Positions 1 to 9,752 of a stretch of DNA of 64,000 bases are shown here, piece by piece. Made by a program: the position numbers and the translations under genes. A model generated the notes under the pieces. It saw only the letters and a program-made list of their open reading frames with translations. It was not told where the DNA came from and made no database searches. Numbering within the stretch: the first letter of the stretch is position 1; each line of letters starts with the position of its first letter. Origin of the DNA: Meyerozyma guilliermondii (lineage: Eukaryota); contig CP128822.1 in assembly GCA_051546255.1 (NCBI GenBank), positions 248,001 to 312,000 of the forward strand. The letters run 5' to 3'.

Positions 1-1127
1 AATTGGAGACCAAGTTTGGCAAGAAGAAGTATGCTACTTTACAAAGTATAAAGGAAGAACTTGTCAACAACTATGAGGAATTGCGGCGCTCATTCCATGT
101 CTTGGATGCGGTAGAGTTGTTCCAGATGTTGACTGGTGAAACGACTTCCACCTTTTGTCGTGGTGCCATTGTTCCCGTTACTATAAACAGAGTTGGTAAG
201 AACTATGGCAATCGTGGAGAAGCGCACATCAGATACTTGAAAGTTTCCACCTCATCGTTGATTCAAGGTAACATTGAAGAGTCCCATGTTCCTCCAAAGG
301 CAGACTACGAGCAGGGCCAAGTAGTCCAGCTGGTTGTTTTAGACGTTTTTCACGATACTTTCACCGCTACATTCAGCTTATTGGAAGAAGATATAAAACG
401 TGCCGATGCACCAAAGTTCGTCAAAGACCCATTGAAGTGGGATATGGCTGCAGAAGAAGAGGACAAACAGAGAGAAGAAGCCAAGGAACGTGCTAAGCTC
501 GCTAAGACTAAGAATGTTCAACATCCTTTGTTCTTCAACTTTACATTCAAGCAAGCAGAAGAATACTTGGCACCACAAGCCGTTGGTGATTGTGTGCTTC
601 GGCCGTCTTCGAGAGGTCCTGACTACTTGACGGTGACATGGAAGGTTGCCAACAACTTGTTCCAGCATCTAAGTATTCAAGAAGTCAACCATGCTGGTAC
701 TAAAGAATATATTGTGGAGCACAAACGATATGCGGATTTAGACCAGTTGATCTTCCAGCATGTGCAAGCCATTGCTAAGCATGTCGATGCCATGTGCAGA
801 CATCCCAAGTTTAGAGAAGGTACGCTTTCGGAGGTCAATGAGTGGTTAGAGTCTTATACTCGTGCTAACCCCAAGAACAGTGCCTATGTTTTCTGTTACG
901 ACCACAAATCTCCAGGATGGTTTTTGTTACTTTTCAAGTTGAACGTGAATACGCCAGTGACTACCTGGCATGTCAAGACAGAAAGTGATGGATACAGACT
1001 CAAGGGATTCTCCTACCCCAATATGCTCCGTTTGTGTAACGGATTCAAGCAAACTTTCAAGAGTTTATCAAAAGGATACCAAGCTCCCTCACAACCTGCT
1101 GGAGGTTATGGAAGTTATGGTTACTAA
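1..1127 (+). CDS. SPT6: Transcription elongation factor/histone chaperone Spt6, C-terminal part (5' truncated by the window)
   Basis: S1-like region followed by tandem SH2 domains (HPLFFNFTFKQAEEYL, GDCVLRPSSRGPDYLTVTWKV, YADLDQLIFQHV); stop at 1125-1127. Confidence 0.93.
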   Translation, partial: LETKFGKKKYATLQSIKEELVNNYEELRRSFHVLDAVELFQMLTGETTSTFCRGAIVPVTINRVGKNYGNRGEAHIRYLKVSTSSLIQGNIEESHVPPKADYEQGQVVQLVVLDVFHDTFTATFSLLEEDIKRADAPKFVKDPLKWDMAAEEEDKQREEAKERAKLAKTKNVQHPLFFNFTFKQAEEYLAPQAVGDCVLRPSSRGPDYLTVTWKVANNLFQHLSIQEVNHAGTKEYIVEHKRYADLDQLIFQHVQAIAKHVDAMCRHPKFREGTLSEVNEWLESYTRANPKNSAYVFCYDHKSPGWFLLLFKLNVNTPVTTWHVKTESDGYRLKGFSYPNMLRLCNGFKQTFKSLSKGYQAPSQPAGGYGSYGY

Positions 1128-1159
1128 CTAATTGTAAAATAGAAAAATTTTGTCATAAT

Positions 1160-2440
1160 TTATACATTTTTAAGTACTCTAAGTTTAGATCTGTAGCTGT
1201 CACCATCGACGTAGCATCCCATGAGCCACCGGTCTCCGCCATTAGCGTCAGAGAACTCGAGTCGTGAGTGCAAAACTCGCCTATTGTCAAAAATAGCACA
1301 GGTGCCTTCTGGGGTTTTTATCTGAATTTGATTTTGCGGGTCGTTGACTGCTTCTTCAAACTTTGTTAATCCACGAAGAAAGTTTTGAAATAGTTTTGGA
1401 TCCGAGTCTTCGATTCCAAGCTCAAACGGTCCTTGGAACGGAGGAGAGTAGTTAACATGGTCTATAATTGGTCCTTCATTTGGGTGCAATACTCCTTGAT
1501 TTTCAATGATCAACGGTCTTGAATAGTAGTAGCTTTCGTTTGCATTGTCATAGTGATAATTGATAGGTATTGCTTTGAGGGCTTCGTATGCTTCAGGGTC
1601 TTCGCTTCGCACAGAATGAGCAGCTGCAAAAGAATCAGCAAACACATTTTCACCTCCCAAAGTCGAGTTCTTAATGAAATGCAAAAGCTGTAATCCTGGA
1701 GGCGACTCATAGTAGAGCAAATCCATGTGCAATGGGAGAAAGGTAGACGTATTGGCTATATTTTTAGCCTCCTTTTCGTTGCGAACATCAAATAATGTTC
1801 CATAAAATGTCCGCTTGATGTAACCAAATTTACTGGCAAGTGCTGCCACTGGCCATTGACTACTATTCTCTTCATTCATCAGTTCCAACTGTGGCTCTGG
1901 TATGTTGTCAACAAAGCAAAGACCGTATTTGTTCAAATTGTGAACCACTTGAGGAAACGCTGTGCCATCTATATAGCTGTGATAATCGACAAATTCTGGC
2001 TTGAAATGTGTGCTTTTGTCCCAGTAGACTTGCTCTGCGTCGAAAAACTTTGCCTTGCGAACACTATCACGGCTAGCATACTTTGCTAAGAATGAACTTG
2101 AATATGTTGAAAAATGATCTCTACCATTTTGAACCCATTGTACTTGCAATTGGGGTTCCTTAGTGTTATGGTCGAGAACTAGCTTTGGTTCGCTCTTCAA
2201 CTTCAAATTTTGGCCAATTTGCGGTGTGGAGAACAACTTTTGCTTCGAGTATGGATCCACCGAATCAGAGCTCTGGCATGCGTCGCGGAGGAAAATGTTA
2301 TTGTAGGCTATCGATTGGCCATTGTCAAACTTAAGAGTAATCAGATCATTGTTGAAGCTCTCAATGGAACTGATACATAGTGTTCTGATGCTTGAAAAAT
2401 TAGATTGCAAAACAATCTTACTTCTAAGTAGGCCATTCAT
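1160..2440 (-). CDS. Mitochondrial Fe(II)/2-oxoglutarate dioxygenase, gamma-butyrobetaine hydroxylase/Aim17 family
   Basis: N-terminal FLRDAC motif, LPLHMDLLYYESPPGLQLLH (HxD), FDNRRVLHSR; basic presequence-like N-terminus; first ATG at 2440 (track start 2446 is GTG). Confidence 0.85.
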   Translation of the reverse strand: MNGLLRSKIVLQSNFSSIRTLCISSIESFNNDLITLKFDNGQSIAYNNIFLRDACQSSDSVDPYSKQKLFSTPQIGQNLKLKSEPKLVLDHNTKEPQLQVQWVQNGRDHFSTYSSSFLAKYASRDSVRKAKFFDAEQVYWDKSTHFKPEFVDYHSYIDGTAFPQVVHNLNKYGLCFVDNIPEPQLELMNEENSSQWPVAALASKFGYIKRTFYGTLFDVRNEKEAKNIANTSTFLPLHMDLLYYESPPGLQLLHFIKNSTLGGENVFADSFAAAHSVRSEDPEAYEALKAIPINYHYDNANESYYYSRPLIIENQGVLHPNEGPIIDHVNYSPPFQGPFELGIEDSDPKLFQNFLRGLTKFEEAVNDPQNQIQIKTPEGTCAIFDNRRVLHSRLEFSDANGGDRWLMGCYVDGDSYRSKLRVLKNV

Positions 2441-2484
2441 GGACACTGAACTTTCCCCACAAAATAAATGTTCGCGCAGGCTCC

Positions 2485-2496
2485 AAAAAAAAAAAA
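2485..2496 (-). terminator. RNA polymerase III oligo(dT) terminator of tRNA-Leu
   Basis: Run of 12 T on the minus strand just downstream of the tRNA 3' end. Confidence 0.75.
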
Positions 2497-2511
2497 GAAA
2501 GAATCGGCTGG

Positions 2512-2594
2512 TGACACCCGCGAGATTCGAACTCGCGCCTCCGGAGAGACCAGGACCTTACCCTGGCGCCTTAGACCAACTCGGCCAGAGTGCC
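2512..2594 (-). tRNA. tRNA-Leu(AAG), intronless, long variable arm
   Basis: Minus strand GGCACTCTGGCCGAGTTGGTCTAAGGCGCCAGGGTAAGGTCCTGGTCTCTCCGGAGGCGCGAGTTCGAATCTCGCGGGTGTCA folds as a cloverleaf; anticodon AAG at 2559-2557; A and B boxes present; discriminator A. Confidence 0.96.
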
Positions 2595-2742
2595 AGGAAA
2601 CCCGATTCTGGTTGAGATTAGCTGGTGTGCGTATATGACACCGCAATGTGAAAGACACTGTACTAATTGTAAACTTCTTACATTTTGTATTCCAACCATA
2701 ATTGTATGTATATTGTATGTACGTCGTATGTATATCGTTATA

Positions 2743-5589
2743 CTATAAAGTGAAAAGACCAGTCTTTTTCTTTCCAAAAGGATAAACAACTAATGCGGCT
2801 GCAAAAAGTCCGACACTAATACCAATGGAAACCTGAACCATTGTGGAACCAAAACTGAGTGTATCATTAGTGCTTTCGGCCTTGCCTGTACCGTTTGTGA
2901 TTTTGTCTGCCGACTCCACACCCGAAAGCAAAGAGCTTTGACTAGCAATACCCGACGGAACCTGAACAAAAATCGCTGGCAACATGGCTGCAACTGCCAA
3001 TCCTTTTCCTAGTCTTGAATACAAGTTGCCCAAGATACCCACTATGAAGGCACCAATTGAAGCTGTGAATTCGGTAACCTGCTTGAAGTGGAGTCCTGCG
3101 AAATAATTGCCCACGTAACCTGTCGAAGCAATTGCAATCATGATTGGAAGTTGCGAAAATTTGGCTTGATTTATGAGTCCCAAACAGAGCGAAAACATCG
3201 GAACGAACAAGATTCTGAACTTGGGGTCAATGGTGTGGTCGGCTGAGCAAGTAGTAGCGGAGGTAGCTCCCTTATATACCCATCCGAAAAGGGCCGCACC
3301 CAACGTTATACCAAACCCAAGAAAGATCGAATAGATAATGGCGTAAAACATACGCACAGAACCTGCCACGATGTTTCTGGATTGCAACTCAAGGGACCCA
3401 CACAAGATGATATATCCTGGGAGAATCAACGCTAGTGAACCTTGAGCGATAGCGGAAAAGCAGAATGTGTTACCGCCATTAATGGAACCGATGGCACGAG
3501 CAATGAAAGAAACCACGATAGAAGCGGTGACTTCAAACACCGACGAGTAAAGGTTAGACATGGATGAAACAAAAAACTGCAAGTAACCAACGCAAAGTCC
3601 AACTCCAAATGAAATTGGTATATCATACCACCCTCCACTAAAAGCGAATGGGGTAACCATGGACGAACCAAGTGCATAGAAGAAGACACAAAGCCAAGGA
3701 GGATATAAGTTTTTCCGTGCTAGAAGCTCTTCCAATTTCAAGGAGGCTTCTTCAACACCAACCAAATCGTGAATTACTCCTTTGTACATATGGTGGGTTT
3801 CAGAGAGCTTCGACAAATTCACACCTTGGGCGCAACGAACTAGGTGAACCTCGGAAGTTCTCGTCGCAGCATCACCAAAAGCCACTATCATTGTTCCCGG
3901 AAAGTATACAAACTGGCCATCAATTTCCAACACTCTGCTGGTCATGATCATATACTCTTCAAGACGATGTGTTGGAGCACCATAAAGCATGAGTGCCTTA
4001 CACATACGCAAAATGAAGCGCTGTCTCTGTAGAATATCAGCAATGTGCACGGTAATACGGAGACGTTGTTCTGATTTGGACTTTCCATGAGACTTAATTT
4101 TTTTCCCAATCTTCTTTGGCACATTAGTGGCTGGGCCTTCTTTTTTGGGGAGTTTAGGACGAGCTTTGGAGAACGATGGAAGGTTTGCAGCGTCTTTTTC
4201 TTCATCGTCACCGTCATTCTTCTCATCGTCAATGTCATCTGTGGAACTATCAGCACGACTATGTCTTCTGCTACCATCGTTCTTTTTGGTAATGTGCAAT
4301 TTGTCAGTGACTCTCTTTTGCCCTTTCTTGAATCCAGACTTGAATTTGGTGAAATCCACTGTGCTATGGTTCACATGTTCATACAAGTCGTCATTATCCT
4401 CGTCTCTCAAAGCGCTAAATGGTACACTTCCCAGAGACTTCGAAGCGTCCGGGTTCTGATAAAGCTTAAGCAAAGATGAAAGCACACCAGCATGTACTTG
4501 GGCTGGCGGTGGCACGTATCCTCCATCCAGATCATTGTCTAGCATCATATAGTCATCATCTTGATGAAGGCGGTCCACATTGTTTCGAACAAGAAGGTCG
4601 GGATTTGGAGCACGTAATCCCTGGCTCGAGCTGCCCTCTCCCATATTATCAGATGGGTCTAGAAGGTGTGCAGTGGAATTGTTCACGGAATCATTTGGCG
4701 ATGCGACTTCGGAGGTAGCTTCGCTATGAAGATTGCTACCTATACCAGGAACATGGGTGGATATGAGCTTTTTTGCCTCTTCGTTGAGCATATCGTAATC
4801 CAAGGGACGCATTTCTATCTCCTCAGAAGCGGGATGTCCACCACCAACAGATTCTTCCTCGTCAATTGTGCGTTCACGAGTATGGTGAGAAGCGCCAGGA
4901 ACCAAGCCTCCGCCGCCCAATCCTCCGTGTGGGTTTGAAAACTGAAGAACACGACCAAGGAATGACTCTCCAGACAGCTCGTGGTCTTGTAATCGCGGCA
5001 CTTCAATGCCTTCGTCTCTGTCGGCCAAGGACATTTTCCTCAAAATCAGCCGAAATGTTCCCTTTTTCGACGACGAGCTCCTCGAGGACGAGGGCTGTGA
5101 CGATACTGATTGCCGCCGCAAGTCGGTGATGTCGGTCGAATCTGGTAGAGGAGCTTGATCTGGCTCAAATTGCCGGGGTGCAGCACCTGTGTCTTCAGAA
5201 GACGAGGACGAGTCTGTGTCGTAGTTTTGTAGATGTTCGTCCTCGGAGACCTCTTCGCCCGAGGCAGAGGCCGCGTCATGATGATGATGAGTCTGGTGGG
5301 ACCCGGAGCCCATGTGAAAGCTGGGCAAATTGTGGTCGATTTCTGACTCGGATATGTTATCATCCGAGGAGTTGTTTGTGGTTGATGATGTATTGCTGAG
5401 AACACTCTGCCGAGGCTGGTACAGATCAGGAAACCGTACCGACTTGGTGCCCGGTTTAAACTTTTTTCCGGCTGCTTTGGCCAAATTATTCCGAGATCCT
5501 CTCTCTTGACTCTTTCTATAGTTAGAAAGATCGACTTTTGGAAGTGCTATGTTTGACTGGTACTCTTCATCTTCGGATGAGGAAGCCAT
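2743..5589 (-). CDS. PRM10: Pheromone-regulated membrane protein 10 (ThrE/DUF1212 family)
   Basis: Long disordered N-terminus, then RITVHIADILQRQRFILRMCKALMLYGAPTHRLEEYM and about 10 transmembrane segments ending GKKKTGLFTL. Confidence 0.88.
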   Translation of the reverse strand: MASSSEDEEYQSNIALPKVDLSNYRKSQERGSRNNLAKAAGKKFKPGTKSVRFPDLYQPRQSVLSNTSSTTNNSSDDNISESEIDHNLPSFHMGSGSHQTHHHHDAASASGEEVSEDEHLQNYDTDSSSSSEDTGAAPRQFEPDQAPLPDSTDITDLRRQSVSSQPSSSRSSSSKKGTFRLILRKMSLADRDEGIEVPRLQDHELSGESFLGRVLQFSNPHGGLGGGGLVPGASHHTRERTIDEEESVGGGHPASEEIEMRPLDYDMLNEEAKKLISTHVPGIGSNLHSEATSEVASPNDSVNNSTAHLLDPSDNMGEGSSSQGLRAPNPDLLVRNNVDRLHQDDDYMMLDNDLDGGYVPPPAQVHAGVLSSLLKLYQNPDASKSLGSVPFSALRDEDNDDLYEHVNHSTVDFTKFKSGFKKGQKRVTDKLHITKKNDGSRRHSRADSSTDDIDDEKNDGDDEEKDAANLPSFSKARPKLPKKEGPATNVPKKIGKKIKSHGKSKSEQRLRITVHIADILQRQRFILRMCKALMLYGAPTHRLEEYMIMTSRVLEIDGQFVYFPGTMIVAFGDAATRTSEVHLVRCAQGVNLSKLSETHHMYKGVIHDLVGVEEASLKLEELLARKNLYPPWLCVFFYALGSSMVTPFAFSGGWYDIPISFGVGLCVGYLQFFVSSMSNLYSSVFEVTASIVVSFIARAIGSINGGNTFCFSAIAQGSLALILPGYIILCGSLELQSRNIVAGSVRMFYAIIYSIFLGFGITLGAALFGWVYKGATSATTCSADHTIDPKFRILFVPMFSLCLGLINQAKFSQLPIMIAIASTGYVGNYFAGLHFKQVTEFTASIGAFIVGILGNLYSRLGKGLAVAAMLPAIFVQVPSGIASQSSLLSGVESADKITNGTGKAESTNDTLSFGSTMVQVSIGISVGLFAAALVVYPFGKKKTGLFTL

Positions 5590-6119
5590 GATGGGTGGAA
5601 ATGACTATCAGTGAGCGAAAAGAACTGGCAAAGTCGTCTGTGGCACGATAATGAAGGATTCTCCAATATTGCTAAGAGATAGTTATAGCAGAACGGAGAT
5701 TATTGTGAGCCAGTAATGTATTGATTTGCTGTTTCTGCAAGTGGTTTTTTTTGTGGTGAAGGCAGGGTGGAAAAATCCCTTGAAATGGAATTGTGTAGCT
5801 TAAGAATAGTGAAACGTTAATGTATGAGGAAGTTATGTCAAACGCTGCGGCGCATGCAGGGTTGCAGTCGCGTTGCAGCAGCAACAATTTTGGGTGCAGG
5901 AATAGGCTAGTTATGCCAGAGAAGTTTACATAGCATACTAGATGTATAAAGGCTATTACGGATGTGATAAAGGTTTTGATCTGATGCTTAAATTTTTCAA
6001 TTTTTTTATTCTTTTAGTTTGCATTTTTTCAGTTTTACATTTTTTTGCAATTTTTCACTTCTCACTTCTCTCTCAAGTATATTCACCCTTTATTTGCAAC
6101 CATTCCATTTATATCCTAT

Positions 6120-7370
6120 TTACTCCCATTGAACGCCCACCCACTCTTCTACATAGCCTACGTGATTCCGGTCAAACTCAGGCATGTAATCCTCTTCGTC
6201 AGTGCACACTATGATGGTTCCCCAGGACATGCCGTTGAGAATATCTGCGACGGTATCTTGACCAACGGTTTCCAAATCGTAAATCGCTTTTGGCATGAGC
6301 TGGAGTTCGAACCGCCTTGTTGACGAGGGATTGTAGCCGGGGTTGGGGACCGTAATTGTGGATGAAAATTTGGGTGCAATTTCGTCCAGTCCACAGTAAA
6401 GCAACGGCCGACCACCAAGACTATATCTGAGTACCTGGCCAGGATTGTGACTTACAGTGTTGGTAAAGGCCTCGAAATACTTGTCGTTGAGGCGATTTGT
6501 GACTGGAGCGCTATCGGGATCGGTAGGTGGTTCCAGACTGGTAGAATTGCGGCGTCCCAGACTTGACTCTCCAGACTCTCGTTCTGCCTGTTCGATAATA
6601 TCTTTGTATTTTTCAAGTTCTGGCTCGAGTGTCACTTTTTTGAACTTCTCCTGGTCCACATAAACAAAGTAGCCAGGGTAGCTGGGTAATTTCTCGTCAA
6701 GTTTTCTGGGAGCAGAAGGCTGTTCTGCAGGTCCAACAGCCTCGGCATACGAAACGGGTATACTAGCACTTTGAGCACCGGGAGAGGTGTCCAGCACTTC
6801 TTTTGGTTCCTGCTTGTTGCTGGGCTCGGGAGCCTTCTTTTTCTCAACGGCAAAAGGGTTTTCAGACGCTCCAAATGGATTACCAAATGGATTGTCTGAT
6901 TTACCAGAAGAAAAGAGATCTTTTGTCAACTCGATTTTCATTTTTTTCTTGTCTTCAAGCCGCAACTTTTCGTCTAGCTGCTTGCGGGCTGCTTCTTCTT
7001 GCTCTTGTTTCAATTGGTTCATCTTTATGGGATCTTTCAAGATGCCTCGAATACACTTTATCGAGCCCTTTTTCTTCGTACAAACAGCAGTGCTTTTGCA
7101 CCCGAACAAATAAAGCACTCTATCATATAGCTGACCGTCTACTGGCGCAAAAGCTTGGAGCAAAAGTGCCATTTTTTTATTACAATTGTCACAAGTAACC
7201 ATGGACTCAGACGGAGTTGATTCTGGATGGAGCCAAATTGGCTCTCCGCCTATGAATGTATCTTCTATCGTTGGTGGATCATCTTTCTCAATGGGAACAT
7301 CTACGAAACCCAAAAACACCTCAGAAGTATTCTCCAATATGGACTCTTCATCAGACGAGTAATCTGCCAT
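6120..7370 (-). CDS. TSR4: Pre-rRNA processing/Rps2 chaperone Tsr4 (PDCD2 family)
   Basis: TFIGGEPIWL, CDNC, DRVLYLFGC, NPGQVLRY, FELQLMP, MSWGTI and VEEWVGVQWE PDCD2_C motifs. Confidence 0.9.
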   Translation of the reverse strand: MADYSSDEESILENTSEVFLGFVDVPIEKDDPPTIEDTFIGGEPIWLHPESTPSESMVTCDNCNKKMALLLQAFAPVDGQLYDRVLYLFGCKSTAVCTKKKGSIKCIRGILKDPIKMNQLKQEQEEAARKQLDEKLRLEDKKKMKIELTKDLFSSGKSDNPFGNPFGASENPFAVEKKKAPEPSNKQEPKEVLDTSPGAQSASIPVSYAEAVGPAEQPSAPRKLDEKLPSYPGYFVYVDQEKFKKVTLEPELEKYKDIIEQAERESGESSLGRRNSTSLEPPTDPDSAPVTNRLNDKYFEAFTNTVSHNPGQVLRYSLGGRPLLYCGLDEIAPKFSSTITVPNPGYNPSSTRRFELQLMPKAIYDLETVGQDTVADILNGMSWGTIIVCTDEEDYMPEFDRNHVGYVEEWVGVQWE

Positions 7371-7382
7371 TGCAACCTAGAA

Positions 7383-7391
7383 GCTCATCGC
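7383..7391 (-). promoter_or_regulatory. PAC motif (GCGATGAGC) upstream of TSR4
   Basis: GCTCATCGC on the plus strand just 5' of the ATG of a ribosome-biogenesis gene. Confidence 0.55.
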
Positions 7392-7454
7392 ATCGCGAAT
7401 TGGCTCGAAGTCAGGCACCGACACCAAGACACCCATGTTAACTATGTACAAAAT

Positions 7455-9632
7455 CTATAAGTATCTCTGGTGGGTTATTTCTTCGTAAGCCTCTATACGG
7501 TCCCCCTGCTGGAACTTGTCCCACCCGTCGAACCCAATACCACATTCGTTTCCTTTTTTCGCTTCGGAGATATCATCTTTGACATGCTTGAGCGACGATA
7601 AGGTTCCGGTATAGATCAGTTTTCCACCTCTTATGACTCTAACTTTTGACGATCTCTTAAGTAGACCGGTTGTGACCTTGCATCCGGCAATTTTGAGCTT
7701 GCTTTTGGATTTGGAGGTGATGGTAAACACATCTTTGATTTCAACTTCCGCTACAATTTTCACTTCGATTCGAGGTGGAAGAAGCGACGTCAATTTCTCG
7801 GTGACTTGTTCAATCAAGTGATAGATGACATTGTGTTCTTGAATAGCAACACCCGCTCTATCTGCTTTGGCCAGAATTTGCTTTGGTGTCTTCATATTGA
7901 AGCATAATATTGTAGCATCAAGTGCTTTGGCTAGTTCAACATCAGACTCGGATGGCAAACCAGCCTCATGGGAAACCACCACAGCTCGCACTTCTTCGTT
8001 TCCCAAACCATCAATGCATTCCTTGATGGCTTCAGCAGACCCAAAAACGTCACTTCTGATGATATACTTGACCAGAACCGCCTTTTTCTCCTCTTCGATC
8101 GTTGGCTCCAAACCAGCGAGTTTCAACTCATTGGCTCTCTCTTGTCGCTCGAGCTCCTTGATCTCTTCCATTCTCTTCTGGTTGATAGTATCAATGTCCT
8201 TACCTGCCTGGATTTGCTTCTGACGAGCAATACGATTTTCACAAACTTTCTTAGCCATTTGCTCGGTTGGCGCTTGGAGCATCTGGTCTCCTGCCTCTGG
8301 AAGATCTTTCCAGCCCCATATTTGCACTGGAGTAGAAGGACCTGCTGCCTTGACCACTTTTCCATTCTCATCTTTCATGCCTCTGATTTTACAGTAGCTT
8401 GTTCCCGCAACGACAAAACTGCCAACTTTCATGGTTCCACGACGAACAAGAGCCGTAGCTACATTGCCCATCCCTTTGGCTACATGCGACTCGATCACCC
8501 AGCCTTCAGCAGGCACCTGCTCCACTTCTGCTTTGAAGTCGTTCATCTCACTCAAAGTGATCACTGCTTCCTCTAGCTTTTCCATATTGAGTCCGGTCTT
8601 GCCAGAAACTCGAACCGTCTGTGTCTCACCACCATAGTCTTCTACGTCAATGCCATGGCTAGAAAGATCAGCAAGTACTTTATCCACGTTCACACCAGGC
8701 TTGTCACACTTGTTGACAGCAACAACCATTGGAACTCCAGATTTCTGAGCGTGCTTGATCGCCTCGACCGTTTGCGGCATCACCGAGTCATCGGCTGCAA
8801 CTACCAAGATAACAATATCAGTGACAATTGCACCTCTTTCTCGCATCTTGAGAAAGGCCGCATGCCCTGGAGTATCGAGAAAGGTGATTTTCTTTTTGGA
8901 AATGGGGGTTATGACAGAAAACGCTCCTATATGCTGAGTAATACCTCCATGTTCTTGCTTGACAATGGACGATTTGCGCAAATAGTCAAGAATAGTTGTC
9001 TTTCCATGATCTACATGTCCCATAATAGTCACCACAGGTGCACGAGGACGAAGCAAATTCTCTTTTACGTCCACAGGAAAGAGATCTGCACCGGTTTCGT
9101 CGTTCATTATGATGTCAAAGCCATAGTCATCGGCTATCAATGCTGCGTTTTCCTTGTCAAGAATGAAATTGTGCCTCATGTTTTCAAACCCAAGATCCTG
9201 GAGTTTCTTTAAGAAATCGTTGAGTGGAACACCAAGAACTGTAGCGAGATTCGACACTGTTACAAAAGTGGGAATTTGAATCTTGATTTTTGCGACTTGT
9301 GGTTTAGGCTTTGAAGGTCGTTTTATAGTGCTATTCTGTGACTTTTTTATAGGCATTTGCTGCCGCTGCTTTTCTCTTAGCGCTTCACGCGCCTCATTAT
9401 ACAGTTTTGTCTTATCTGGCTCACCCTGAGTCGCTCGAGCACCGGATTTAGGAGGAGATCTGGTTTTTTGATTCTGAAAATTTCCCCAATTTTTGGTTCT
9501 AGGCTTTTCTGATTCACTTGCTTTGTATTGATTTGCAAATCTATTCCCTTTCGATCCACCATCGCCCCCTACACGAGGTAGGCTCTTAATAAAGTCGGAG
9601 TAGTACCGCCGACTGACGAGTCTTGGAAACAT
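7455..9632 (-). CDS. IFM1: Mitochondrial translation initiation factor 2
   Basis: [31 protein letters not shown] GTPase motifs; IF2 C-terminus ECGIG; mitochondrial presequence. Confidence 0.95.
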   Translation of the reverse strand: MFPRLVSRRYYSDFIKSLPRVGGDGGSKGNRFANQYKASESEKPRTKNWGNFQNQKTRSPPKSGARATQGEPDKTKLYNEAREALREKQRQQMPIKKSQNSTIKRPSKPKPQVAKIKIQIPTFVTVSNLATVLGVPLNDFLKKLQDLGFENMRHNFILDKENAALIADDYGFDIIMNDETGADLFPVDVKENLLRPRAPVVTIMGHVDHGKTTILDYLRKSSIVKQEHGGITQHIGAFSVITPISKKKITFLDTPGHAAFLKMRERGAIVTDIVILVVAADDSVMPQTVEAIKHAQKSGVPMVVAVNKCDKPGVNVDKVLADLSSHGIDVEDYGGETQTVRVSGKTGLNMEKLEEAVITLSEMNDFKAEVEQVPAEGWVIESHVAKGMGNVATALVRRGTMKVGSFVVAGTSYCKIRGMKDENGKVVKAAGPSTPVQIWGWKDLPEAGDQMLQAPTEQMAKKVCENRIARQKQIQAGKDIDTINQKRMEEIKELERQERANELKLAGLEPTIEEEKKAVLVKYIIRSDVFGSAEAIKECIDGLGNEEVRAVVVSHEAGLPSESDVELAKALDATILCFNMKTPKQILAKADRAGVAIQEHNVIYHLIEQVTEKLTSLLPPRIEVKIVAEVEIKDVFTITSKSKSKLKIAGCKVTTGLLKRSSKVRVIRGGKLIYTGTLSSLKHVKDDISEAKKGNECGIGFDGWDKFQQGDRIEAYEEITHQRYL

Positions 9633-9752
9633 AGTTAGTGATGAAAATTCGCAGCACGAATTTGAATGTAGGTGATGGTGGATGGCTGCAACATGAGTTT
9701 ACAATATATGAATTTTATTATGCTAAGAATGCAAAACAGACGTGAAAGCGGT

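Noticed and set aside
5810..5816. TGAAACG as a Ste12/Cph1 pheromone response element for PRM10
   Set aside because: A single imperfect 7-mer is expected by chance
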